Positions 11,881 through 24,400 of a stretch of 64,000 nucleotides of DNA are shown in pieces. The DNA comes from Octopus sinensis. Its lineage: Eukaryota. The DNA lies in NCBI RefSeq assembly GCF_006345805.1, contig NC_043003.1:86738001-86802000 (forward strand), read 5' to 3'. Position 1 is the stretch's first letter. Each line of letters opens with the position of its first letter. The notes beneath the pieces are model-generated. The model was given only the letters and a program-made list of their open reading frames with translations, was not told the DNA's origin and searched no databases. Made by a program: the position numbers and the translations under genes.

Positions 11881-12695
11881 ATCCTGTTGGATAATAGTGC
11901 AATTATGGATGATCATACGAATAGGCGAGTCCTTGAAAATATACAGGAAGATATTAGAGTTTAGGCTTTTACAAATGAGGCATTCTTCGAATACAAAAAG
12001 AGTATTGTTTGACTCTTTCAAGTCTATAACTGAGGTTTTACTTTGATCTTGATGGGCGCCGAATGAAAGGAACATTCATTATAAATTAATGAATATTTCA
12101 TAACTAAATATTATTTTAAGCCAGTCTTCCTTTTTAATCCTACTTTTATTGCTCTTAGTAAATTGCAAATTATTTTAAACATTTTGTTCCTGATAGTCTT
12201 GTATTTTTTTTTAATACTTAAATTGAAGTATTTCTGTAGTTGACCTCTTATATTTTACTGTTGCAGGCAACTGTGCTTCTTTGGAACTGGCCTTTCAAAT
12301 AGATTGCGTTTATTTGTCTGATAAAATGGAAACTTTTTTTCTAAACAGCACTGACGAATATACATATACTTGATTTAATATTTTTTTTAACAGGAAGCCA
12401 TTGTCAAAGAAAGAAAAAATATAGTGTTATTTTGTCAGATGACAATTCAATAACTTTATAAAATATTGATATAGCTTAAAGTAAATCAAATGTCAGAGAC
12501 AAATTTGACATTTACTGATTAAATTACGACAGTATTTCACCCGTCGTATATCATAATATATCATATAACTGAAGTAACTTGTTACTTATCAGGGAGGTAA
12601 CTACTTTTTATTTCCTATCAAAATATTATTAGGAAAACAACAAATTTCATCCTATACATACATACATACATATTCAATACTATATATATTTATAC

Positions 12696-13000
<305 letters not shown>

Positions 13001-13101
13001 AACAGATATATACATATATACATATATGTGTGTGCCTGTGTGCATAAGTGTACGTATATGTATACATGTGTATATAGATATACATATATATACACACATA
13101 T

Positions 13102-13470
13102 GAAGGCGCATGACTCACTGGTTAGAGTGTAGAGCTTACTATCGTGACGTTGTGAGTTCGATTCTCGGACCGGGCTGCGTGTTGTGTTCTTGAGCAAGAC
13201 ACTTTATTTCACGTTCCTCCAATTCACACAGCTGTAGAAATCAGTTGCAACATCACAGCTGCCAAGCTGTATCGGCCTCTGTCGTTCCCTTGGATAGCAT
13301 CGGTGGCGTGGAGAGGGGAGGCTGGTATACACGGGCAACTGCTGGTCTTCCATAAAATCAACCTTAGGTTGTGCGTTCACCGATGAGGCGACTTTCCGCT
13401 CAGAGTTGTACTCCGGAGGGGAACCTCTTTGGTGTACCCATGGCCATTCGCGACTGACGGAGTCGAGTTT
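13102..13470 (+). mobile_element. tRNA-derived SINE with CORE-like central domain
   Basis: A/B-box head (ctggttagag..gagttcgattc) followed by gttgtgttcttgagcaagacactttatttcac. Confidence 0.75.
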
Positions 13471-13580
13471 AATACACACACACACACACACATTTATGTA
13501 TTCGTTTTGCAAGATTCCTGGTGTGAAATCGTGTGTTGTCACATTGTTATATTTCGGGATTCTTTTATTCTATTATTTTT

Positions 13581-13960
13581 TTACTTGTTTCAGTTGTTTG
13601 ACTACGGCCATGCTGGAACGCCACCCTAAGGGGTTGTAGTCGAATAAATCGATCCCAGGACTTATTCTTTGTAAGCCTAGCACTTATTAGGTCGCACCCT
13701 TTTGCTGAACCGCTAAGTTACAGGGACGGAATGACACCAACATCGGTTGTCAAACGACAGTGGTGGGAATAAACAGACACAAACATACAAGTATATACGT
13801 CGAGTTTCTTTCAGTTTCCATCTACCAAATCCACTCACAAGGCTTTGCTAGGCCTGAAACTATAGTAGAAGACACTTGCCGAAGGTGCCAAGCAGTGGGT
13901 CTGAACCCAGAATCATGTGGTTGGAAAGTAATCTTCTTATCACACAGCCACGCATGCACC
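13581..13960 (-). mobile_element. SINE family B, near full length, diverged
   Basis: Colinear with 28152-28573 from the tRNA head to the ttacttgtttcag tail. Confidence 0.85.
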
Positions 13961-15151
13961 TATATTCTGTTACGTCATAGAAAGACAAAATGCACTAAAC
14001 AGAACAGGAGGATACACATGAGATAAAAGGGTTGCTGGAGAGGTCACAAATGTGTGACAAAAGATTTCCAGACGATGGTCATAAGATAAAATAAGAACAA
14101 TAATAGACGAGTGAAGAACGAATGTATAGTGCGTGGCAAGAAAACAAAAAAATGACCATCCCGAAATATAACAAACTCATTGATATTCAAGAACTATGAT
14201 AATTTGCCTAATTTTTTCATGTGCGTTATGAAGAGTATAATTTCATTTGCACCGCTCAGATAGCAGTTCAGATAACTCTAAAAGGCCGTTTTTAAATTAC
14301 CCAAAAGCAAATGATTTTAATAGCATCTTCAGGCCCCAGTACTTTATTCTTCCAGCTCTAGACCTTGAATTATAACAGCTCATTCTTCGAACATGTTCTG
14401 AAATAGCTGCACTACGAACATTAAACGCAGTCAAATGAAGGAAGATAAGTCACACTGAAAGAAAAAAAGTTTTGAGCAGTTGACAATGATGAATCTGTAC
14501 ACATGGAATTAATTCATCTCGATTCTCTAAAGACCTTTAACATAAAGCATGTAATTTATCACAAAACGTGTAAAGATGATTCAAAACTGTAACTTCATTT
14601 ACAAATTCGTCGACACAAAACTCAAGCTGGTGTTGGAACAGCGTCAAACACTTTTATCAGTAAAATCATCGCGAAATAGTTTTACAAAGCTTGAATTTTG
14701 TTCTACCATAATTGTCGCTATATCAATTACAATTAATGTCACATATAATTTTAGTTACTGCATGGAAAGAAAAACTACTTTGCTAACTTAGAAGCCCATT
14801 ATAGATACAATTTGCATTTGCGCCAAGTTTTAAATGTCTTAATTCATAAAGGATGACAAAATTGGCAAGTCTCATCACTTGCAACTCTCATTCAGACTAC
14901 AAGAACAGTTTTACCATTAATAATAGAATATGTTAGATTCTTTATTCTTTGGAAATTATATTTCTCACCACTTTTCTCTCGTATTTGGTTTCTAACGTAG
15001 TTTATAATATCTGTACATGTTCTACGAGGTGGAAGAACGTACGTACGCTTAGGCAGTTTCTTCATTTCATTTCCATATAAGACATGTATGTGGATAACCT
15101 ACAAAACTTATCTTGCTTTCGTTTCGAAATTTTATTCTCTTATTCTCTAGT

Positions 15152-15305
<154 letters not shown>

Positions 15306-16271
15306 AGTCGTCATTAATTTTATGCTTAAAATTCCTTTAACTCTTTAACTTTTTAGTCGGTGGGGTCACTCTCACTTCTACACCTATTTTATTAACACTA
15401 TCACTAACGAATCAAAGTAATTCCAGAGTAACCACACATGCTGCATGCACTACAATCTAAATTTTCTGAGTTCAACAATTATATTCTTTTTGCTTAAGTC
15501 CACTTCTTGTGATCAACAGTCTGGTAGATCAGATTTTTCAATATTTTTCGAAGTTTCGTACTTGCACGTGCAACATCAAGTGAAATCACATTAGTAAGAT
15601 AATTATTTTAAAATAATTCAACTCTCTTTGTAATTTGTTCTCACTATTTCTTACTTCTCTTGGTCGTTCTAATCTTACCCAAGCGCTATATCATTTAAAA
15701 TTGTAAATTCTCACTTGAACATCATTGAAATAAGTATTGTCCAGCGTAATACCATTGCAATTTCAAGTTAGAGAAGTCTAAATGATAAGCCATAGCAAGT
15801 AACAACCGTTGTACAAGCGGCTATGTACACACAGTTACCCTCATATTAAAAGACAACCCAAGGTCCATAAAATGCTGATTATGTCAATAAGTTGTGCATG
15901 TACAACCAAAGTTGTATAGAGAGAAACAGCTAACCAAGCAATCTGAAACACGTGACATACAGGGCATCGAATGAAAAATAAAATATTAATCATCATCACA
16001 ATTAATATATTTAGTGCTGCTTTTTGAGTGAGTTTGAGGTGAATCAGAAGACCCTTCGTCATATATATTTAGCGTTATATACATGTATATATTTTACGTT
16101 TTGTGTGTGTGTGTGTATGTGTGTGTATGTATGTGTGTGTGTGGTGTGTGGTGTGTGTGTGTGTGTGTGTGTTGTGTGTGTGTGTGTGTGTGTGTGTCTT
16201 TAACGAAGCTTTAGCGAGAAGCAGTGTTTAGGTATGAGTAAAATTTAGGTTAGTTTTAATCAAAATAGCTT

Positions 16272-16436
16272 GAAACATCGATGTCAGAGATTCCTAATAG
16301 AGGGCGACACCGAAAGAACCGGTGTTTTCATACCTTTTTACCATAAGAGAGATTTCTTCTCCATGGTAACTGCAGTGTATTTGCCTTTTAGCAGTTGAAA
16401 TGGCACAAACATATTCCGACTTGCCTAAATTCTGCT
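16272..16436. repeat. Interspersed repeat fragment (second copy at 20976-21140)
   Basis: Shared gaaa.atcgatgtc..gattcct..ggtgttttca..ttttaccataagaga..ttttagca.ttgaaat..caaacatatt. Confidence 0.7.
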
Positions 16437-16437
16437 C

Positions 16438-16493
<56 letters not shown>

Positions 16494-16732
16494 TATATAT
16501 AACAACACGGATGCAGCACGAAGCTTTGTCAGTGAACAAGTCGCGGTCTCAAAGCGACGAAAATATTTTGACAAATTAAATTTAAATGTTGAAGTGAATC
16601 TAACGGTTTTGTGTGTTTCTTAAATGGCTTATAAACACCTTCCACGCCGCAATTGTTTTCGTTCCAGCACACGATCTCAGATCAAGTCACTCGCTATGCA
16701 AGTACATCTCCGTAATATATATATATATATAT

Positions 16733-19700
16733 TACTCTTTTACTCTTTTACTCTTTTACTTGTTTCAGCCATCCGGCTGAGGCCATGCTGGGGCACCGCC
16801 CTTGTTGCTACCCTCTCTAAGTCCAGTTTGCCGTGGCTGGCCACTGATCTAAGAGAGAGTTTGTAGCTGCTGCCCTTAGGTTACCCTCGTACCTTGCAGT
16901 GGGTTCATCTGGGATCCCGGAAAGCAGCTTGTCTAGATGTTTTTTGAAAATGTCCACATCCGCATCATGCAGATCTCTTAGTTTTCTTGGCAGTTTGTTG
17001 AAAAGCTGAGGGCCCCTGAACCCCAGGCTATTACAGTATCTGCTCCTTACCCTGGATGTGGAAGACGGGACCTTTGGCACCACACAGTGACGTCCTGTAC
17101 GGGGATTGGAACAGCTCTCAATTCCAAAATTGGTGCTAGTCCCTCCAGGATTTTCCATATGTATATCACTGCATATCTCTCTCGTCTTCGTTCCAAGGAG
17201 TACAAATTGAGTTCCCTAAGCCTCTCCCAATAGTTCTTTTCTTTCATGGTGGAAATCCTCTTGGTGAAATGTCTTTGGATTGTCTCAAGCTCTGTGGTTA
17301 GTTTGACACTATGCGGTGACCACAGTTGGGAGCAGTAGTCCAGGCGGCTTAGGACAAATGTCCTCCATAGTGTCAACATGGTCTCGCAGTCTCTTGTCCG
17401 GAATGTCCTCAGGATCCAGCCAGTGAGTCGTCTGCACATTGTCGCCACCTTCGCGATGTGTGAAGAAAAAGATGCATCGTCACTCATGTCTATCCCCAGG
17501 TCCCGTATTGATTTCGATACTGGGATTTCGATCCCTCCTGGACCAGTATAGTTGTGTTGTAATGTATATGTGTTTACAGCTTGATATTGTAAGGCTTGAA
17601 ATTTACCAGCATTAAATTGCATGTTGTTGTCTTCAGCCCATTTGTATATGGCATCCAGATCTTGTTGTAAAAGGTCAGCATCAGCTGGGTTTTTGATTGC
17701 CTGTGCTACCTTTGTGTCATCAGCATAGCTAGTGAGGGATGTTGTTTGTGCTACCAAGGGCATGTCAGAGAGTGCCACCAAAAACAGCAAGGGTCCCAAG
17801 ACTGTGCCCTGTGGCACCCCGCTTGCTATTGGTGTCTTTCCCGAGAGGGCTCCATTGGCTGCAACCATCTGGCTTCTGTCCTTCAGGAAGTCATGTATCC
17901 ACTCACCTACTTTTCCTGTTATGCCGAGTCTGAGTAATTTGTGACATATCACTCCGTGGTCGACTTTGTCAAAGGCCTTCGCAAAGTCGAGATATACCAC
18001 ATCCACCTGTGAGCGATCCAGTAGTTGTTTCAGTACCCAGTCGTAGTGTTGTAACAGCTGCGTAAGGCAGCTTCTTCCTGGGCGAAAGCCATGCTGTGTG
18101 TCAGTGAGACGGTTAGTTTCTTCGAGGAACGTGATCAGTTTTTTTCTGATGATTCGTTCCATGACCTTACTTATGTGTGACGTCAGGGAGACTGGCCTGT
18201 AGTTTTTGGCCTCTGCTCTACTCCCTCCTTTGTGGATAGGGCATATGGTGCCTTCTTTTAGCGCCCTGGGCAGTTTACCGTTAGCCAAGGAACCACTGAA
18301 GAGCTTCTTCAGTGGTCCCGCTAGGGCATGCCTGCATGTTTTTAGGAGGACTGCTGGGAATCCATCTGGTCCAGCAGCTGAGTTTATTCTCATTTCTTCT
18401 ATGGCAGATATTACATCCCTCTCTGTTATGTCTATGTGGTCGATGGTTGTTGTTTGGTTTTGGAGTGTTGTGGCATCAAAGAAAACTTCTGGGTTTGTGA
18501 TTTGCATGTGCCCCAGAGGGGATGTGAACACACTTTTATACTGTTCCTTTAGTATTTCACTTATCCCTTGGGGGTCCTCAGTTAGAGAGCCCTTTTTATC
18601 AAAGAGTGGGCCAATCTTGCAGTGTACCGAGGTGGTTTCTTTCGCAAATTTAAAGAAGGCTTTAGGGTTTGTTTTAATATTCTCTATGGCCCTGGCTTCT
18701 CTCTCCGCCCTCTCCTTCTCATAGGAAAGTTTGAGTGCAGTTTCCGTTTCAAAAAGTTTCAGGTGGAGTCCCTCATTGTTTCTCTGCCGTGCATTCAGTT
18801 GCTTCGAGAGCTTAGCTCTTCGCCTCATAAGTATTTTCCTGTCTCTGGGAATAACGTTCCTATGCCCGCTGGCTTTTTTCTCCGGGACAAACTTATGGCA
18901 TATGTTCTGTATTGTTGTCATGAAATGTTGGAAATGTGTGTTGGTGTCTTGTGTGGTGATGAAGTCACTCCAGTCATGTTTTCGGATCTCTTCGTTGATC
19001 TTCTTCCAGTTTGCCTTATGGAAGTTTAGACTGGATAGGCCTGTGGTATTTTCTAATGGCTGCGTCTCAACTAACTCTCTCATACCATATATCATTACCT
19101 CTACTAAGTTGTGATCTGAGAGAATTGTTGGTGTTACCATTATGTTGTGGATGAGCATCGGGTTGCTTGTGAAACAGAGGTCCAAGACATTCTCACCTCT
19201 TGTTGGCCAAAGCACTGCTTGCTCCATGAAAAACTTGCCTGTGAGAGCCAACAAGGACTCTGTCTGTCTCTGTTCAAGTGATGTCATTCCAGGGAGGAGA
19301 TGGCCATCTGGCCATTTGACTTTCGGAAGGTTAAAATCTCCCAGCAGTAGAATGGTGTTACCCTGGTCCAGTTTGTCCAGGACTTCTTCTATTCTTCTGA
19401 GGCTATCTTCAAACACTCCTTCATGACTAGGGGTGTCTGGTGGCCGATATGTGACACATATTACTATTTTCGGTTGTTTCATGTGTACTATCAGTGTGTC
19501 ACAGACTGAGTTGGAGTGTGTCAACAGTACTATGGGTGTGACATCTTCACGGACGTACAGGGCAACCCCACCATGAGTTCTTTCCTTCCTGTCCGACCGA
19601 AAAACAGTATACTTTGGTATGTGTATTTCTGCATCTGCTATACTGCTTGACAGGTGCGTTTCAGTCAGCGCTATGCATATTGCATGGTTGCTTGTGCTCA

Positions 19701-19938
19701 AGTCCCTAAGGTAAGGAATTTTACCCATATTAGTGGGTTTCACCAGACCTCTGACATTCAGCAGAAGCACTGGTGAGAAACCCGGGGTGTCAATAAAGGC
19801 TGACGGTGTGGCACCTGGGCCGGCGTCAGCGGTGGCCACCCTGGGTCCCTTGATTGTGGTGGTCTTGAGTGCTGTTGTGAGTGCCCCTGGCTCTGAAGAC
19901 GATGTATCCAGGCCAGTTGTCCCACAATTTTCTCTGCC
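16733..19938 (-). mobile_element. CR1-clade LINE, 5'-truncated, ORF2 essentially complete
   Basis: APE endonuclease (LNVRGL, ALTETHL, HGGVALYV, YRPP, LGDFN, LDLCF, SDHN) plus RT (NYRPVSLTS, QHGFRPGRSC, YLDFAKAFD, GVPQGTVLGP, YADD). 3' hairpin and (GTAAAAGA)n tail. Confidence 0.93.
16817..19938 (-). pseudogene. CR1 ORF2 (APE-RT) with a single 1-nt frameshift at about 17130
   Basis: ORF 17047-19989 is open throughout. The C-terminus continues in the frame of ORF 16817-17158 (NPRTGRHC..GPQLFNKLP..FKKHLDKLL). Confidence 0.88.
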
Positions 19939-19974
<36 letters not shown>

Positions 19975-20031
19975 CTTACATACATACATATATATATATA
20001 TATGTATTTATGTATGTAAGTATATATATAT

Positions 20032-20106
<75 letters not shown>
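19939..20106. repeat. (TA)n microsatellite at the CR1 5' junction
   Basis: Direct reading. Confidence 0.95.
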
Positions 20107-20110
<4 letters not shown>

Positions 20111-20221
20111 TGTTTGCTTTTATGTTCAGTTATAATAAAAATAATTTTACGCTAATTTTAGTGGTTACTCCATGCTTTTGTAGAGTACAAATTTATTATT
20201 CTTTAACAAGAATAGTATTGA

Positions 20222-20264
20222 CAATGACTTCGAAGTTTCGGCGAGCTAAACCATCATCGGATTG
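20222..20264 (-). ncRNA. Minimal hammerhead motif, variant core CCGAUGA, 10-nt palindromic stem III
   Basis: Minus strand: CAAT-CCGATGA-T-GG(tttagctcg)CC-GAAAC-TTCGAA-GTC-ATTG. Confidence 0.7.
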
Positions 20265-20779
20265 GCCAAAACTTCGAAGTCACTGTCATTACTCTTCCTG
20301 TTAAAGAATTATATGTGTGTATGTATGTATGTATGTATGTATGTATTTATCCCTAAGAATATTGGAGTATACGTATTCATGCACAAGACCTTCAAAATCT
20401 ACCTGGAACTCATTTTAAGATATGAATATAATATTCTTAGCATCGTTTGCCTTATGTAGAAATGTAAACCATAGGCTTTATCTGCGGGAATATTCGATTA
20501 ACATGCAGATTACTATAACTGTGACCGACAACGTGCCGGTTATAAAAATTCAATAGAATATATCCCTATGTGGAATATTACTTCCTCCACAATATCCAGA
20601 ACTGAAACCAATTCCGTCTCGCCCACCACCACAAATAATGAATATAAAATCCCCCTATCCCACCACAACAATACCAGTCCAAATTTCATATATATATATA
20701 ATCCAAATTTCATATATATATAATCCTATATACATCGCAACCCACGGAAATCGACACCAGCGTGCACCTCCAAAACTCT

Positions 20780-20880
20780 AGCTCCTACCCAGATAACCCC
20801 GCTAATCGGATTAACCGAACAAGAACCCGAGACGTTACTTGGTTCCACTACAACCAATCTACCAGCACAAATCAGTCAAT
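20780..20880 (+). mobile_element. Possible Naiad-type PLE remnant (RT thumb)
   Basis: RTRTRDVTWFHYN resembles the RKRNIIWFNPP motif. Short and degenerate. Confidence 0.3.
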
Positions 20881-21236
20881 GTTGTTGACTGTATTTTACA
20901 CGAAGTTATTGCTATATACGTTTGTTCAGAGTGGCCTCCCTTAGGTACATCCCATTGATAAGGGTTAAATATCTTGAAATATCGATGTCTGGGATTCCTG
21001 AGAGATGGTAACACTGAACAAATAGGGTGTTTTCACAGTTTTTTACCATAAGAGAAATATTTTCTCTACGGCAGTGAATTTGTCTTTTAGCACTTGAAAT
21101 ATGTGACAAACATATTTTGACTAACCTAAAGTTTGCCTATGCCTAACACTACTTGGCGCTAACATTTCGTTCTTGTCCCATTTTGTATCACCTAATTGTC
21201 TGGATGTTCTGCGTTCTTGTCCCATTTTGTATTTTT

Positions 21237-21304
<68 letters not shown>

Positions 21305-21404
21305 AGACAGACAGACAGACAGTGAGAATAGATAACGTCATCCATCCATTTATACATACATGTACATGCATATATAAACATATACACATATGTATGTGTA
21401 TACA

Positions 21405-21520
21405 TACAGCCTGGTAGTTAGAGTGTTACACTCATGATCGCGAGATCATGGTTTCGGTTCCCGGTTCGGCTGCGCATTGTGACCAGCGATGTATAACAAC
21501 ATCCAATAGTCTGGTCGATA
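21405..21520 (+). mobile_element. Short deleted SINE (tRNA head joined to the family C 3' end)
   Basis: ggtagttagagtgttacactc..gtttcggttccc followed by cattgtgaccagcgatgt, as at 8280-8320. Confidence 0.65.
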
Positions 21521-21574
21521 CCAAGATACATATATTAATAATGATATCAAATTTTGGAACAAGACCAGCAATCT

Positions 21575-21955
21575 CGCAGTAAGTTGGTAAATCGATTACA
21601 TCGACTCCAGTACTCAACTGGTACCTATTTTATCGACTTTGAAAGGATGAAAGGCCAAGCCGACTTCGGGGGAATTTGAACTTACACCGTAAAGATAGGC
21701 GAAATGCCGCTAAGCGTTTAGTACGGTGTGCTAACGATCCTACCAGCTCGCCGCCTTAGATATACATATATATATATATTAATAATGATTTCAAATTTTA
21801 GTAAAAGGCCAACATTTCCGGAGGAGGGGTTAAATTGATTACATAGACCCCATTGCTCAACTAATACTTATTTTATTGACCCCCCCCCCCAAAGGATGAA
21901 AGGTCAATTCGACCTCGGCAAAATTTAAACTCAGAACGTAAAGACGGTCGAAATG
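21575..21955 (-). mobile_element. Two adjacent SINE family A copies
   Basis: gattacatcgac..ggtac.tattttatcgac..gaaaggatgaaagg..gaatttgaact occurs at 21590-21760 and again at 21835-21955. Confidence 0.8.
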
Positions 21956-22552
21956 TATATATATCAATAATGATAGAAGGAAATTTTGGTCAAAAGTAAT
22001 GGAGGTATTTTTATTTATTATATATTTTTATACGTATATAAAATGTCCGAAAACCTACCTATGAAAATGAGTGGGAACACTTCTTTAAATAATTTCATCT
22101 TAGTCTTTGTGCTGTTGTTTAGCGCTGGAAAGTATACCTTTATCTCTGCATAAGATGGGATTAATCATATTCTTTTATAGTTGGCTGAGATGTAAAATGC
22201 TATTGACAGTTCGTCAAGACCATGATAACAATAAAAGCAAGTTAAGGAGATTTAAACAGTATTCCATCTCATCTTCCGAGGGAAACTCATAGAACTTGTA
22301 CATCTTCATGTAAATGAAGAAAAGATGGGTTTTTTTATCATTAATATTATGCTATCCTATACACAATCCAAAACATGTAGTTGTGTGTGTGTATATATAC
22401 ATATATATATATGTACGTATGTATGCATGCATATACACATATATATATATATGTATGCATACATGCATACATGTGTGTATACATACATGTGTATATATGT
22501 GCATTTGCATGAGTACATGTGTACATATATATATATATATATAATATATATA

Positions 22553-22610
<58 letters not shown>

Positions 22611-22704
22611 TTCATGAACGAAGTAATGCTGACAACACTAGAGGTATTTCGATACGTAGATGTTTCTTTTAAAGCGCAAAGTTAATGTATTAGAAAACAT
22701 AGTG

Positions 22705-23070
22705 ATGTATATTGGTATTGACACTAAAAAGCAGGCATGGCAAAAACAAACGAAGCACTTCGCTTGCTGGGGCCAACAATAGATATTATAAGAAAAGGAG
22801 AAACGTAGAAGGAGAAGAAAGGTATTCGAATAAAAACATCGAGGGGAAACAAACCATATTTGGAGTTATCAACTTTGAAAGAATTATCAACAGGAAAGAC
22901 CAGATCAAATATGATACAGAGCGTAGAAAGTTTATATAGTAACGGTCTGTAACTTATGATAGATTGCTGATGAAGAAACGAAGTTTGTTGGGCAAGATTC
23001 TTATATAAATTATAAATGATAGCTAGAAATAACGAAGAAGTCATAAATGAAATATTTACCAATGAGATAA
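22705..23070 (+). mobile_element. Heavily decayed Naiad-type PLE GIY-YIG remnant
   Basis: One frame from 22705 reads YIGIDTK..HF..HIWSYQL..KVY..VCNL*..IADEETK..LEITKK, with many stops. Confidence 0.6.
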
Positions 23071-23540
23071 TAAATTATTTTTGAACGAAAAATACTGAAT
23101 TCTGACCCGTCTCAATGATTATGAAAAGGAATTAATCAAGCATAGATAAAAAAAAAATAGCAAAAGTTTTCAGGTAAGTTAGTAAATACAAGATATATGA
23201 AAAACAAATTAAGATATGTGTATGTCACTGCAGATAAGTTGCGCAAATGGAAAGAAAATCATGAAAATAAGTGAATTCCTATTTAACGTTAGGTGGGAAG
23301 TTAAAGAAGTTTATCTCTTGCCTTCTACTTGTTTTAGTCATATACATATAAATAATATATGTGTGTGTGAGGAAATATTAACCTCTTGAAGGGATGATTA
23401 CATCCAAGATTACACTGATTTTATACCATATATTATTGGGGAAAAATTTCCCTAAAATAAATAGGTATATATATTAAGCATATAATCTATATTCAATTAA
23501 CAGAAGAAAAGGTATAACATATAATTCTTTAATATACATT

Positions 23541-23704
23541 ATTTACATTATTTACATTTGACGGATATTTGTCCTCATCTTGTTTGTTGTTAACACAACA
23601 TTTCGACTGATACCCTCCAGCTTTCATCAGGTGTCTTGGGGAAATGAGAAGCTGGGTTCTCATTTCCTCAAGACAAATATCCATCAAATGTAAATAATGT
23701 AAAT
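23541..23704 (-). mobile_element. Solo PLE pLTR fragment with degenerate hammerhead and terminal inverted duplication
   Basis: 23555-23665 matches 1540-1652. Hammerhead at 23592-23635 (GACAC-CTGATGA..GAAAT-GTT-GTGTT). 23541-23573 is inverted at 23672-23704. Confidence 0.8.
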
Positions 23705-24021
23705 AGCGTACATAATTTCTCATCTCTGAAATATAGAACTGTAATTCTTTAATGTTTGATATTTCCCTGATGACATTTTGCTCATAAATTATAAATGCAG
23801 ATTTATTACGTAAGCTTGTAATTTATTAATTGAGTATAAATTGAAGTAATTATAGGAATGATTATCAATATGTTAATAAATTAATCATTAACCATTAACT
23901 CCTCCTTACGTCGACTCTGACCATGGTAATATTCAAAGAAACAACTACGGACCTATTCAACGAATGGAGAATTCCAAGCTTGTAGTATGAAACGTTTTGG
24001 ATGAAGGCATTGACTAAATAC

Positions 24022-24400
24022 TTATTTCCTGGAGTTTAAGAAGGTCTCTGCCAACCAAAGGTTATATCGTTCGCTCTCATTTATATAAGTCTTCGGCTGC
24101 TCAACGAGCTTCCATTTAATTATGTATGAGGTTCCTTCAGCTTTTAAGTGCCATATGAGGCTCGCCAGAGATGTGATATTGCGCTTTTTCGATATCCTAA
24201 AAGAGGACCTGTGGTTGATGCAACGTTGTTTAAACGGGGGCCCGGTTGAACCGACATAATTTCGTGCCTGTGTATTGGATGTGCTACCACCGCTAATGTT
24301 TCTTTCGTTAACTCTTGATCTGATGTTCCTGTTGTTACTGAATTCACTGTCATTGCTGATATTCCTGGACATGATTCTGGTGGTTTTGTTGCTGCTGACG
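24022..24400 (-). mobile_element. Naiad-type PLE GIY-YIG remnant
   Basis: RNYVGSTGPPFKQRCINHRSSFR..TSLASLIWHLK..YIIKWKLVEQPKTY..RYNLWLAE. Confidence 0.8.

Noticed and set aside
11880-12070. Coding-like stretch ILLDNSAIMDDHTNRRVLENIQEDIRV
   Set aside because: Multiple stops and no recognisable motif; cannot be assigned.
15841-15945. Hydrophobic minus-strand exon candidate (IAWLAVSLYTTLVV..) with acceptor tttcag and donor gtaact
   Set aside because: All three frames hit a stop before the donor, and no protein family is recognisable.
19939-19989. Met start of the 980-aa ORF 17047-19989
   Set aside because: It lies in the flanking (TA)n/(TACA) tract, outside the LINE.
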